This document shows positions 1 to 12,802 of a stretch of 64,000 nt of DNA, piece by piece (positions within the stretch are counted from its first letter, which is position 1; each line of letters begins with the position of its first letter). Below the pieces are notes generated by a model. That model was given only the letters and a program-made list of their open reading frames with translations. It was not told the origin of the DNA and made no database searches. Origin of the DNA: Octopus sinensis (Eukaryota). Location of the stretch: assembly GCF_006345805.1 (NCBI RefSeq), contig NC_043009.1, positions 26,040,001 to 26,104,000 on the forward strand. The letters run 5' to 3'. The position numbers and the translations under genes are program-made.

Positions 1-272
1 CTTCCTGTTTCTGTTGTACCTGTATTTCAAAGGGCCCACGTGTCTGTGAAGTGCTCAGCCACTTGCATGTTAATAAATGAGCTGCGACGTCACTGGTGCC
101 AAGCTGTAACGGCCCCTTTGCCTTTCTCTTGGATAACATCAGTGGTGTGGAGAAGGGAGGCTGGTACGCGTGGGCGACTGCTGGTCTTCCATAGACAACC
201 TTGCCCAGAATTGTACTTCGAAGTGTAACTTTGTAGGGGCAATCGCATGCTCATTCATAATCGAAGGGGGTC

Positions 273-285
<13 letters not shown>
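1..285 (+). mobile_element. SINE-C body joined to a distinct 3' tail ending GAAGGGGGTC(ACA)n (5' part outside window)
   Basis: 1-75 matches the SINE-C body seen at 19570-19890; 80-272 is the reverse complement of 24287-24480; ends in (CAA)n. Confidence 0.75.
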
Positions 286-307
<22 letters not shown>

Positions 308-654
308 ATATTATATATTATATGTGCGCGCGCGTGGTGCGTGGTGTTTGTGTGTGTATGTGAATCACCCCAGGAAGTAAAATAGTTATTGAAAAATGCA
401 GATTCCCAAATTTATTTCCGGTTCTAATTAATTAATTAATTTATTAATTGATATGTGCATGTTTATGAAGCTGAACTCGAACCATCAGTTTTTGATGGCT
501 TGGATACAAGAATTCACTGTGAATCAGTTTTACCTGAGAATAGGAATGGTGCCGGAATTTTCTTAAAAGAATTTATCCTAAAATATAGTGATTTCGTGTG
601 ATTTTGCTTATTTTCGGTATTAAATACCAGGTAAGGTGTGGTATTATTGCTGGC

Positions 655-772
655 ATCTATCCATCCATCCATCCATCCAGCCATCCATCCATCTATCCAT
701 CCATCCATCCATCCATCCATCCATCCATCCATCCATCCATCCATACATACATACATACATACATACATACAA
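655..772. repeat. (TCCA)n followed by (TACA)n microsatellite
   Basis: direct reading. Confidence 0.97.
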
Positions 773-1133
773 ACATAAACACATACGCACATACAGACAT
801 ACACAGGTAAATAAATAAATATAATTTATATATATATATATATATAGATTATATACATATACATATATGTATATTTATGTGAATGTGGTATATATATATG
901 ATATATAATATATATATGTATCTATATGTATATCTACATCTATATGTTATATATATATATATATATTATATATATAAATATGTACATATATACGATGTAT
1001 ATATAGGATCGTTATATATAATACATACACATATATATACATGTATGCATAGATATATATTACGTATGAATTTATATATATTATTATGTATGTATGTAAA
1101 TATATATAGTATGTGTGTACGTACATATATGTA

Positions 1134-1192
<59 letters not shown>

Positions 1193-1474
1193 GTGTGTGT
1201 GTGGTGTGTGTGGGTGTGTGGGTATGTATACATAATATAATTCTTTTGTGTTACATAATCCGCAAGAAATTATATTGAACCAGAATGAAATGTTTGAGGA
1301 GTCAGATACACAAACTAACGAAGCAACAACGCAAACGGCAAGAAGCAACAAACAAAGGAATAACTATATAAAAATAAACCAAACAAATAATTTTATACTC
1401 TGTTAATAAACTAATCCCACGTATTTAATAATATATAACACCGATTCCAATAAAACAACAATAGGAACAATACA

Positions 1475-1477
<3 letters not shown>

Positions 1478-1509
<32 letters not shown>

Positions 1510-1579
1510 CACTACTACTACTACTACTATTAATGATAATAATAATAATAATATAATGATAATAATAATGATAATAATA

Positions 1580-1635
<56 letters not shown>

Positions 1636-1670
1636 TAATAATAATAATAATAATAATGATAATAATAATC
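1478..1670. repeat. (CTA)n/(TAA)n compound microsatellite
   Basis: direct reading. Confidence 0.97.
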
Positions 1671-2560
1671 AAGAGTTTTCAATATATTATGTGAGGTATT
1701 TATCAATAACGCCAACGAAGAATACCTCTCTCGTATAATGTCTTTGATTTCTTTTTTGATTTCTTGCAAGAAAACAATGTGTGCCAACATTCTTGAATTG
1801 TACGTTGAAGAATCTCTCATTATATAAATATTCCAATATCCACATTGCTTCAGAAATACCACAGAAACAAAACAAAGCAACAACAACAAAATTCAATTCG
1901 CAAAACATTTAATCTTCGATTTAGCATCAACCAAATATCATCGGTGATTATTTTCATTTCATATAACATTTTAGTTTAACCATAGAAAAAAAAAATTCAA
2001 TTCGAAATATTATATATAAAATGAGGTTATTGCTTTTCGTATTAAAATAAAACGTTCTTTCATATTTGCAGTCATTTTATTTTATTTTATTTTTTTTCCC
2101 GTTTTTGGAATTTATATTTATCGACTTTCTTTGGAGAAGTTCCTTAAAAGGTTTCTAGATGACAGGTAAGATTCATTGAACCTCTTCTCCGTAAAACACA
2201 CTTTTTTATATATATCCTTTTTGTTACCTTTTCGTTGCTGTTGATGCTTTGCTTTATAGAAACAGCAAGTTAGATGTTTCATTGTCGATGTTACACATGA
2301 GTAGCAATGGTATATCGTATATGCCGGCGAATAAGACAAGTCCTTTTGTTCTTAAATGCAATAAGATATTGCCATGCATTTTTATGGATGGGATACCTAA
2401 TATATAAGTGTATGATGAAGCATATTAATTTCTTCTTTCTATATGATATACTTTTTCCTACAAAAATGTATCGGTTTGTCTTATGCATAAGTGCGACTCA
2501 CACACCAGCAAAAACGGTACTTAATTATTATTATTCATATATTTGTTGTAATTTCTGTTA

Positions 2561-2718
2561 AGGCGACGAGCTGGCAAAACTGTTCAAATTCTGTCGAGGT
2601 CAAATCTCTCTTTCATTCTTTGGAGGTCAATAAAATAAGTACCAGTTAAACACTGGACTGGCTGTAATCGATTTGACCCTCTTCATTAAAATGTCATGCC
2701 TTGTGCCTATTGTAGAAA

Positions 2719-2720
<2 letters not shown>
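2561..2720 (+). mobile_element. SINE-D copy with internal deletion
   Basis: AAGGCGACGAGCTGGCAAAA head, GTTCAAATTC B-box-like motif, GGTCAATAAAATAAGTACCAG core, CCTTGTGCC tail. Confidence 0.8.
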
Positions 2721-3604
<884 letters not shown>

Positions 3605-4731
3605 TGCAGATTGCAGCCAGTTGACATAACCATACCAGAGCACCATGTTATGAGTGTCAGCAAACACACTGGTGCAAGCACGTGAACACAAATGCTGTGA
3701 TTTAGATTCGGCGAACTAAACGCCACGTCGATGCCGGTCAGGTTTCGTTTGCTTCTGTGTCTCAGAGGAGTTCATGCAGGGGATGAAGGTAAGGGGCATG
3801 GGTACAGTTAGCTTCCTTGGACAGCATGTTCTGCTAAAGCAACAGACGAACAACGGATTTGTGGCTTCACTAGCTATATACTTCTCTCAGCTGCTCGACC
3901 GACTGCAAGAACATAGTTTCCATAATGTAGCATAGCCAAATTCGAAGATGGCACACTGCCCTATGACTTATGAAATACTAGTATCAATATAACTAGTAAA
4001 TGGAACAATAACACGGAGCTAATGGAATGGCAGAACATTGTCAATGGAACTGAAGAATTTGGTCAGTAGAACAATATTATCTAGTTAATTAAATTATATT
4101 CTTCCGCTACTGAAGCAATAATTACCGCTTAATTAAGCAACATTTCTAATTAACCACAATACAATAAAACTAACAATGTTTACGAGTCAAATAAGAAACC
4201 GCTTCATGGTCTATTAATTTGCCCGAAACAGCAGCCAAATGCTCCCCGAATCACACATACAGTATTTAATAAGGAAAAGTATATATGAGATAATGTAGTT
4301 AGAGAAACAGTAGATGGGACGGTCATGGTTGAAATGCATTTGATCAAACGTTTGCTTTCTGAGCGCTGATCCAGAGGGTGAAGAATGATGTCTATAGTTT
4401 CTTATACAAAGTTTCTGATATCCGAGTCATTGAATACAATGCACATCGACTGATATTTCGATTCCAGTTTGGGTAAATTTCGTTCCAGATAACCTTTAGT
4501 AAAATTAACAATCGTAACTGAAATATAACTGGTATTAGTTTTATCAGCCTTAGAGGGATTTCTCTGTGATGAAGGATACATTTCGTTGTGGCTTGATTAG
4601 GATTCGAATCTACCCAGGATGAAAACATAGTGAAGAATTTAGTCTGACGTTTTACTATATTGGCCATTTGAAGAGACTTGCTGGAGCTAGAATCGTTGGT
4701 ACTGGGGTCGAATCCCATCCCCATAGCTACA

Positions 4732-4794
<63 letters not shown>

Positions 4795-4947
4795 CCCGGA
4801 TATTACAAACTTTTATAAGAAACTATAGACATTATATGTATATAATGTATGTATATCATTGTTCAGTTTTATTTCAAGATTTCTTGCCAATAAAGAAAGA
4901 GCCGGTTTCTAACCTAGATCTTTGGAATTTCAACAAAGTCAACAAGG

Positions 4948-5545
4948 TATAGCAAAGATATAGGCATGGAAGTTGGCATAGATAAGTGTGCAATATTAGT
5001 CGTGAGAAGGGGATATTAAAATCATCGAAAGGAGATATATATATGTATCTAGGAGTATTAGAATCTGACAGGGTACTAACTACAGAAATGAAAGCGAATA
5101 TTGAGAAGGAGTACATCAGCAGCTAATGAAGTCACAGCTAAATGGTCTGAATCTTGTGAACACTGTAAATACTTGGGCAGTATCATTACTTAGATACTCA
5201 GCAACTTTTGTAGATTGAACAAAAACTAAATTAGCAAAGCAAATAGAAGAAATAGGAAGGAATTCAATACGAATGGAGAACTCCACCCAAGGGCAAAAGT
5301 GGCAAGGTTATACCTATCTAGAAAGGAAGGCAGAAGAGGGTTAATATCAGCAGAAGACTGCGTGGCGTTAGCTAGAGTAGATCTAGACTCTTATGTAGGT
5401 AATAGTGAAGAAATTTATTAAAAGCTGCTAGAATTACAAGACAGAGGGATACCAAAAACCCAAACGAAGTTAAAATCCAGAAAAAAGTACAGAAATTATC
5501 TGACTGACAGGAGAAGGCGTTGCATGGTAAATTCCAAAAGATGGT
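4948..5545 (+). mobile_element. Decayed R4/Dong-clade non-LTR retrotransposon RT/thumb region
   Basis: hand translation across frameshifts: YSKDIGMEVGIDKCAILVVRRG; YMYLGVLESD; SQLNGLNLVNTVNTWAVSLLRYSA; LHPRAKVARLYLSRKEGRRGLIS; EKALHGKF, all typical of R4/Dong ORFs. Confidence 0.85.
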
Positions 5546-5699
5546 TGCAAAACACAGAGTGAAAGGCAGAATTAACTTCGTGTGGATTTCAACTCAGAAA
5601 CTACACTGCCAGAAGAAATACCACAAGGCATTTGACAATCCTGCTAGCTCGTTGCCTTTTTGCAATAAATTAATAATAATAATGATGTGTTAATGATGC

Positions 5700-6040
5700 T
5701 AGAAACACAGGTGAAAGCCTTTCACTAGGTAGGTGCCCTGTGGTTGAACAGCGCAGGCCCGGTCGTCATCCAGTGACTCCATGTACACAAAGTCAGAGGC
5801 AGAGAAGGTGGGATAAGGAGGCAAACCAAATGGTAATTGAATGCTGGATCAGGTGTGAAACTGGAATACAGTGTCCAGTTGAACTCTTACAAAAGATTTG
5901 CCGCCTTGGCACGGCCAGAATAATCAGGAACGTATTAGATAGCTGAAAAGAGCGAATAGCATGATACCGTAGGCTGCAGGTAGTAAGCCCTCTACACGCG
6001 CAAGTCTCCGCATGCTCCAACAAAACCTGTGATAAAAAGG
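5700..6040 (+). mobile_element. Short internally deleted R4/Dong element (ORF N-terminus fused to C-terminus) between TAA repeats
   Basis: ORF 5740-5946: RRPGRHP...RRWDKEANQMVIECW (N-terminal-type) fused to IQCPVELLQKICRLGTARIIRNVLDS* (C-terminal-type); (TAA)n at about 5670-5685 and 6041-6070. Confidence 0.7.
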
Positions 6041-6074
<34 letters not shown>

Positions 6075-6386
6075 CAACAACAACAACAACAACAACAAAC
6101 TCAAGTAAATACTCATTACATCAGAGAAATCGTGTCTGTGCTATCAGCCTGTATATTTTTTTTCCTGAAGAAGAACTGTTGTCCGAAACACCGGATTTTA
6201 ATGTAATATATATTTAAATCAACAAACATTCAGAAATTAGCTTTTGACGATGTTGAACACCGCCAGGTTTCTTGAATTGTGGATATTACCATTAGATGTA
6301 AAGAAAATATGAATAGTAACACAATTTAGCCATTGTTTATTTTTTACCATAAATGATTCCGTGCTATCTTTTTTTTTTATAAATAG

Positions 6387-6802
6387 AGCTTCTATCAGAT
6401 TACGAGAGCATTAGATGGCCAAGTCGATAAGATAACAGACAAGAAGGCATGGGTCAAGTACTTAATGATTGTAATGTGTAAAGTGTTAATGTGAACTCAT
6501 TAGCAAATTATGATGAAGCTGATCATTTTGTCAAGAAAAAAGCTAAACAACCAGCCACAACTACATCCAACAATACGCAATTATTTACTCTTCCATAATA
6601 AATATTCGTTTTAAATGCTGTTTAATGAAACAAGAAGGATGAGGTGAGCCTCGACATCACATAATCTCTGAGTACACGGGTTTTCCAGCAATTAGCTGTA
6701 TTCGTGGCCAAAACGGTTAAACCACGAAGATCCTGCGGTAGTTGCCACAGCTTGAAAAGTTTCCCTATTGGAAGCAATAGAGGTATTGTGTATAAAGTCG
6801 AC
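6387..6802 (+). CDS. Two candidate coding exons (6387-6452 and 6689-6802), unidentified protein
   Basis: acceptors tttttttataaatag and ttttccag; donors TGG|gtcaag (weak) and GAC|gtaagt (strong); phase 0-0-0 gives SFYQITRALDGQVDKITDKKAW+QLAVFVAKTVKPRRSCGSCHSLKSFPIGSNRGIVYKVD. Confidence 0.25.
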
Positions 6803-7729
6803 GTAAGTTGCGTTGGTCCGTAGAGCGAGTTCAATACTTTAAATGGTACCATATTATAAAATAGGCATCTGTCATCGGAAAGAACACAGTTTAGAAATGT
6901 AAAACATCAACGTAGATCAGTTACACATTGTCCATAGATCATATCAACATATTCTGTTTTAATTTCAAATGAATAATAATAACGTATTTATTTTCTCTTT
7001 CTCATCGATCATATGTTGGAGACATAAGTTCCTGTGACCAATGTCTTAATCGAACAAAACAGTCATTAATCCTAACTGTCCAACATAAATTAGTTCATTC
7101 GCCATATTAACAAACTGGTCTGTTATATATTGTCATTAAACAGACGTTTATCTCGAAAGAATAAACTATATATCAGATACTGACGTCAGCAATTCTTCCT
7201 TCAAAAGTAACTGAAGACCGTGCACAGCCGCTTGGTCTGCTAGAAATAGCAGTCAAATCTTCTAAAATTGCACTTCTGCAGTGGTTTTCTAAAAGGACAT
7301 TTTTGGATAATATAATCCTAGAAACACTACGTTAATAAAAAGATGAAAGTGTGGTGTTCAGGCTGCAGAGTCTTTGCTAACAATTCTGTTTGATAGGGGA
7401 TTCCTGGCGCTAAACAACAGCAACATCAACAAAAACACCATTGACAACATCGATGTATATTACGTTCCGTTCATGTCATATGCGGAATACTTTATCCAGC
7501 TTCTCTGTCAAAGAGATAGTTTTAATCGCTTGAGTTTTGGACCGACTTAACCCAAAATCTGACACTCACGAGATATGAGTAACGTTTTACTCAATATAAG
7601 TTATGATTAAACGGATGTTACTTGCAACTCGGTTTTTGCAGTGTAAGGCGTAAATAACATATAACTTTCACTTGGAGTGGTATGAATTTAAATTTAACAT
7701 CGGTGAATTTTCCTTGAGCTCAAGGTACA

Positions 7730-7970
7730 TACAGTTCTATATTTAAGAGATGAGGAATAATGCACATTATTTATATTATCTACATTATTTACATTCGATG
7801 GATATTTGATCTCATCTTGTTTGTTGTTAACACAACGTTTCGGCTGATATACCCTCCAGCCTTCTTCAGGTGTCTTGGGGAAACTTCGAACCTGGGTTCT
7901 CATTTCTAAGTTCTTAACAAACAAAACGAGGACAAATATCCGTCGAATGTAAATAATATAAATAATACTC
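7730..7970 (-). mobile_element. Penelope-like terminal-repeat remnant with partial inverted copy
   Basis: 7791-7830 is inverted relative to 7912-7951; contains a hammerhead motif; arrangement typical of PLE pLTRs. Confidence 0.55.
7829..7874 (-). ncRNA. Minimal type-I hammerhead ribozyme motif
   Basis: minus strand GACAC-CUGAAGA-A-GGCUG(GAGGGUAUAU)CAGCC-GAA-ACGU-U-GUGUU: stem I GACAC/GUGUU, stem II 5 bp, palindromic ACGU helix III, GUU cleavage triplet. Confidence 0.65.
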
Positions 7971-8344
7971 AAGTTACATATTCCCCATTTTGGAGTGAAA
8001 AAGAAACAAGCAGAATTAAATGTTAAATATAGGAAAACAAAGAAAAAGATTGAAACAGAAAGTGAACTTGCGTCGATTGAGATAGAAGTTTAATGACTTA
8101 TTGTCTTCGTTTCTCAGATATTTTAGATCTAGTCTTTTTATAATTTTTTTCTCTGTGTATTTACCCTGTTTTTGTGTCCTTCATTAAAAAAGGCCTAGCA
8201 CTTAAGAAAATTATCATCAACAAGGACAAGTTCTTCGCCCTCAACTTTATAAAGATTCGTTATTTATACAAACCAGAAAACAAGCCCCCCACCCCCAAAA
8301 AACCCAGTCTGGTACACCGCTCTGCTTTCTGTCTATAGACATGT

Positions 8345-8570
8345 TGGTTTTGAATTCTGGTAGCAGGTCCACAATTTCAGAGCAGGGTTAAGTCGATTAC
8401 ATCGATCCCAGTACTCGACCGGTACATATTTTGGTCGCCCCCAAAAGAATGGAAGGCAAATTCGACCTTCGCGGAATTTGAACTCAGAACATAAAGACGG
8501 ACGAAGCGCCGCTAATCATTTTCTCCGGCGTGCTAATGATTCTGCCAGCTCGCCACCTTCTGTCCATAGA
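8345..8570 (-). mobile_element. SINE-D (Meta-domain-like tRNA SINE)
   Basis: homologous to 8686-8890 and 9228-9430; on minus: AAGGTGGCGAGCTGGCAGAATC head, GAGTTCAAATTCCGC B box. Confidence 0.85.
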
Positions 8571-8685
8571 TATATTACAACGCCTGGAAAGGGTTTCAAT
8601 TGGAATAAGAAATACAAAGCCGAAGCATCGCAATCCTTCGTGATATCACAAGGCGATATATCACTAACTATTGATTTCAAATATT

Positions 8686-8890
8686 GGCACAGGCCAGCAA
8701 GTTCGTGAGTAGAGGGATTAAGTTAATTACACCTACCCCAGAGCTCAATTACGACATATTTTATCGACCCCGAAAGGGCGAAAGGCAAAGTAAACCTCGG
8801 CGCAATTTGAACTCAGAACGTAAAGATGGACAAAATATCATCAAGCATTTTGCCCGGCGTGCTAACATTTTTGCCAGTTCACCGCCTTAA
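8686..8890 (-). mobile_element. SINE-D
   Basis: full-length diverged copy with CTTTCGGGGTCGATAAAAT core. Confidence 0.85.
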
Positions 8891-8926
8891 TATACCATTA
8901 AATATTCTGTTCTACCTTAGTCACAA

Positions 8927-9226
8927 GGAGGCACATGGCCCAGTGGTTAGAGCAGTGGACTCGCGGTAGAGGGATGGCAGTTTCGAATCTCAGACAGGGC
9001 GATGTGTGTGTATGAGCGAAACACCTAAGCTCCACACGGCTCCGGCAGAAGGTAATAGCGAACTTCTGCTGACTCTTTCGCCACAACTTTCTCTCACTCT
9101 TTCCTCCTGCATCTTGCAGCTTACCTGCGACGGACCGGCGTCCCATCTATGTGGAGAACCTATACGTTGAGGAAACGGGGGAACCGGCCCTAATGAGCCA
9201 GGCATGGCTCGAGAAGGAACAAACTC
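8927..9226 (+). mobile_element. SINE-B with tail type i, inserted into a SINE-D 3' end
   Basis: A box TGGCCCAGTGG, B box GTTTCGAATCTC; flanking TSD TAG(T/G)CACAAGG at 8918-8928 and 9227-9237. Confidence 0.85.
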
Positions 9227-9227
9227 T

Positions 9228-9430
9228 AGGCACAAGGTCCGAATTTTGGGGGAAGGGGTCTAGTCGATTAGATCGAATCTAGTACGCAACTGGTATTTAA
9301 TTTATCGATCTCGAAAGGATGAAAGGCAAAGTCAACTCGGCGGAATTTGAACTCGGAACGTAAAGACAGACGAAATGCCGCTAAGCATTTCGCCCGGCGT
9401 GCTAGCGATTCTGCCAGTTTACCACCTTCA
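9228..9430 (-). mobile_element. SINE-D
   Basis: near-consensus copy containing TTTGCCTTTCATCCTTTCGAGATCGATAAA on minus. Confidence 0.85.
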
Positions 9431-10488
9431 TATGTCATTAAATATTACCAAAAACTATGTTTTAAAGTTTAAGACTCTTCTTCGAGACAAGAAAATATCA
9501 ATATTTGAACCTTGCTTGGTCAATAACCTACAAACCACATTTAATTCCAACATTGCTAGTGTTGTTTGCTTTGAGAGCAGTGTTAGCGTATCTGACGTTT
9601 CTGCTGATATACGCATCTGGATCACGTGAAAATGAAGAGGCTATCCGACTGTCTGAAGAAGATTTATTCACAAGCATTCACCAGCCATAACCAGAGATCA
9701 TGATGAACCTGAGCATTGGTATCTCGAGGCCCAGGACTCATAAGGATAGTTATTCATTTTACCCGGTTACAGCGTATAGATGATCGAAATTACTTTTTCT
9801 AAGCTGAGTGTATTGAAAAGCAACGTGAAACGAAGTGTTTTTCTCAAAAGCACGACATGTCTCCCAGTTCAGGAATCGAAACCACAATCTTACGACTTTC
9901 AAGTACAAGTAAAACTGGGAGATACTGCGGGTGCGGACCTCGGTGGTTGTTGCAAATATTCGAACTACAACCGGTTGGGGAATCGAAACTGTTAAGTGCA
10001 ACGTCCAAACCATTAGGCCACACTGATGCAAAACCATTAGGCCACATTGTTCCAAGCGATTATCTTCACTATTCAAGGCTACACTGACCCTTCGTAAAGG
10101 ACATGAATGAAAGATCGGTGAGTTACGCCTGGAACGCATTTGACAATAAATATGATCAATCAAAGTTGACTTCAAAATACATAACAGCAGCAGCACCCTC
10201 AGCAGCAACACCACCGCTGCCAACAACGACAACAGCAGCAACAACAATATTTACTGAACCTAGAGTTCACAATTTAGTTTATGAGAGCGTCAGATTCTGA
10301 GAATCACTCTCGTTATTAGCTTTCATAAATTATATCTCAAATACAATCATCTCTATAGCTACAGCCGCATCAGCCCAACATTTCTGTAACGATATATTTG
10401 TTCAAATGACAGCTTTATTTCTTATGCTTAAAACAGGTATTAATATTTCATAACATATTAATGTGAGAAATTAAGGGATCTATTTCCT

Positions 10489-10490
<2 letters not shown>

Positions 10491-10566
<76 letters not shown>
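10491..10566. repeat. (CA)n microsatellite
   Basis: direct reading. Confidence 0.97.
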
Positions 10567-10571
<5 letters not shown>

Positions 10572-10632
10572 TATATATCACGTGTGTTTATATGTAGAAA
10601 CATCTATATCTATCAATCAGCCCCTCTCTCTT

Positions 10633-10669
<37 letters not shown>

Positions 10670-11020
10670 ATCTATATATATATATATATATAAACGCATA
10701 CTTGCTTATATATATATAAATGTTTACATATATAGACACACATATACATTATATGCGTGTGTATAAATATATATATATGTATAAGTATGCATGTATATAG
10801 GTATGCACACACACATATAGGATGTATACTTTATATGTATAATTATATACATACAACATGCATATAATGTATAATACATATTTGATATAAAATAGCCATA
10901 TGATATACATATATGTATAAGAAGCATACTGTACATATGTGCATATATCTATATTTGTCTGTGTGCACATACATATGTATATATATATACATATATATAT
11001 ATACTTGCACATACATATAA

Positions 11021-11051
<31 letters not shown>

Positions 11052-11074
11052 CATATACATACATATAAATGTAG

Positions 11075-11141
<67 letters not shown>

Positions 11142-12671
11142 CATTATATCAGCTTAAATCAAGGGGGTTCATTCTATTACATCCTTTTACTGTTTGTAAC
11201 GACAATATAATATATCTTGAAAGAAAATCAGGGAATGTATTCTATATTCCTTCGTTTTATGACTGGGAATTTAAGGGAGAGAAAGGCTTTATCGATTATT
11301 CTGAAATAATCGCAGAAGAGGGACAACGGGCTGATGTAAGAAATAATGATTGCGTCAATTAGATAAGAATAAGATTCCTCACAATCAAGTCAGCGAAACG
11401 GTCTTTGAGATTTTAGGCTTATCATCGATGATTATTCTTTGGTTTATTCTTCAATGATATGTTATTCCCTTAATGGAAGCAAGCCCGGATGTGTGGTACA
11501 GGAGTTCCAGTCCTAAGTACGTTATTCTGGGAGTATGATTCCATTGTGGTGTGAGACATTGGGCATATCTTCTATTGTTGCCCCATGTTGTCCAACTTCA
11601 AGTTTGGTAAACGGAAGTTCATTGGTTCAGTTGTAGAATGATACACGTGATCCGGAGCTCTGTTTGATATTTCTAAATGGATTGTGGTGGCTTTACTGGG
11701 TCCCTTTCAAGTACAAGGAAAAGTTTCTGATTTGGTGATACTTTTTTTAATTTCTTCCAGCCAAGAATTTATAAATATTGCCTTTTATCCTTATTAAAAT
11801 ATAAGGAAAAACATCCTGAGCATAGTGTTTAGTGTGATGGAGTATAAATAGTTTTGACTGAGGATAAAACCTAACACTAATGTAGAATATTAACACTCAT
11901 GAGTGCGAAATATAAATAAACTAATTTATAATTGAAACAACATTATTAAAATTTGTGATTATTTCCATACATGCAATAAAGACGGTCACTGCACTTGTAA
12001 CGTTAGGTAATGTCCTTCACTTGAGTCTACTTATATATGCATATATACGCATGCTTGACTTTCTTTGTTGATTGTAGCAATGGCTGACACCTGGTAAGGT
12101 TCCGCTTTCTGAACCCAATTTAATTTAAGTTTACTAGGTACAATGGTATTACATACCGTAGCAAATGAAACAGAGTCATTCCGTTCATGTCATAAAAAGC
12201 ATGAATATATAACTGAAAGACCTTTCAGTGTGGAACTGAAAGCATAACGACATAAAACGATTTGAATTCATCAACAAATTTATCATTATTGTTCCTATAC
12301 AGCCAATAAACATGCACAAGATTGTAGTTTTTGAATAACAAATTCCTAAACAACAATTATTCAATACATTGTATTTGATTCCATCTTTCATGTTTTATTA
12401 CTTATTTTTTCTTCTCAGTTTTGTATTTGAATTGAATCTAAGAACATTTCGTTTTCTTTGAAGGAGAAATAACATTGAGAGTTTAGCATAATAGCGTCTG
12501 CTGAACTTATTAAACTCGATTAGAATAAGAAATGGCGGTAGAGATGAATAATTTTCCGTTAAAGAAGAACGGTAATATAAATAACTTAATTATTTTACTG
12601 ATTTTCGTCACACTCATGTTAACTTCATATATATGTGTGTGTTTGTTTGTGTATATATGTGTGCGTGTGTG

Positions 12672-12714
<43 letters not shown>

Positions 12715-12771
12715 CATTAATCTGCCTATATATATAAATGTATATAAATGTGTTTATTTATATTTATATAA

Positions 12772-12802
<31 letters not shown>

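Noticed and set aside
1726-1847. Minus-strand segment QCGYWNIY...AHIVFLQEIKKEIKDIIRE with AG/GT ends, resembling the EEP/AP-endonuclease WN...FLQE motif
   Set aside because: The WN-to-FLQE spacing is clearly shorter than in LINE endonucleases or TDP2, and a second frame is equally open, so I cannot support the call
3606-3960. HDV-like ribozyme expected near R4/RTE 5' ends
   Set aside because: Could not build the nested double pseudoknot on either strand by hand
6387-6452. GQVDKITDKKAWQL resembles plexin GPVDAITGKAKYTL
   Set aside because: The similarity does not continue into the next exon candidate; likely chance
6734-6748. CGSCH as a c-type heme-binding motif
   Set aside because: A five-residue motif with no cytochrome context
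8927-9000. tRNA genes (A/B-box heads throughout the window)
   Set aside because: All continue into SINE bodies and lack a complete cloverleaf; treated as SINE heads
11200-11800. Possible decayed LINE coding fragment on the minus strand
   Set aside because: Only a vague CP..H-like stretch; no diagnostic motif recovered
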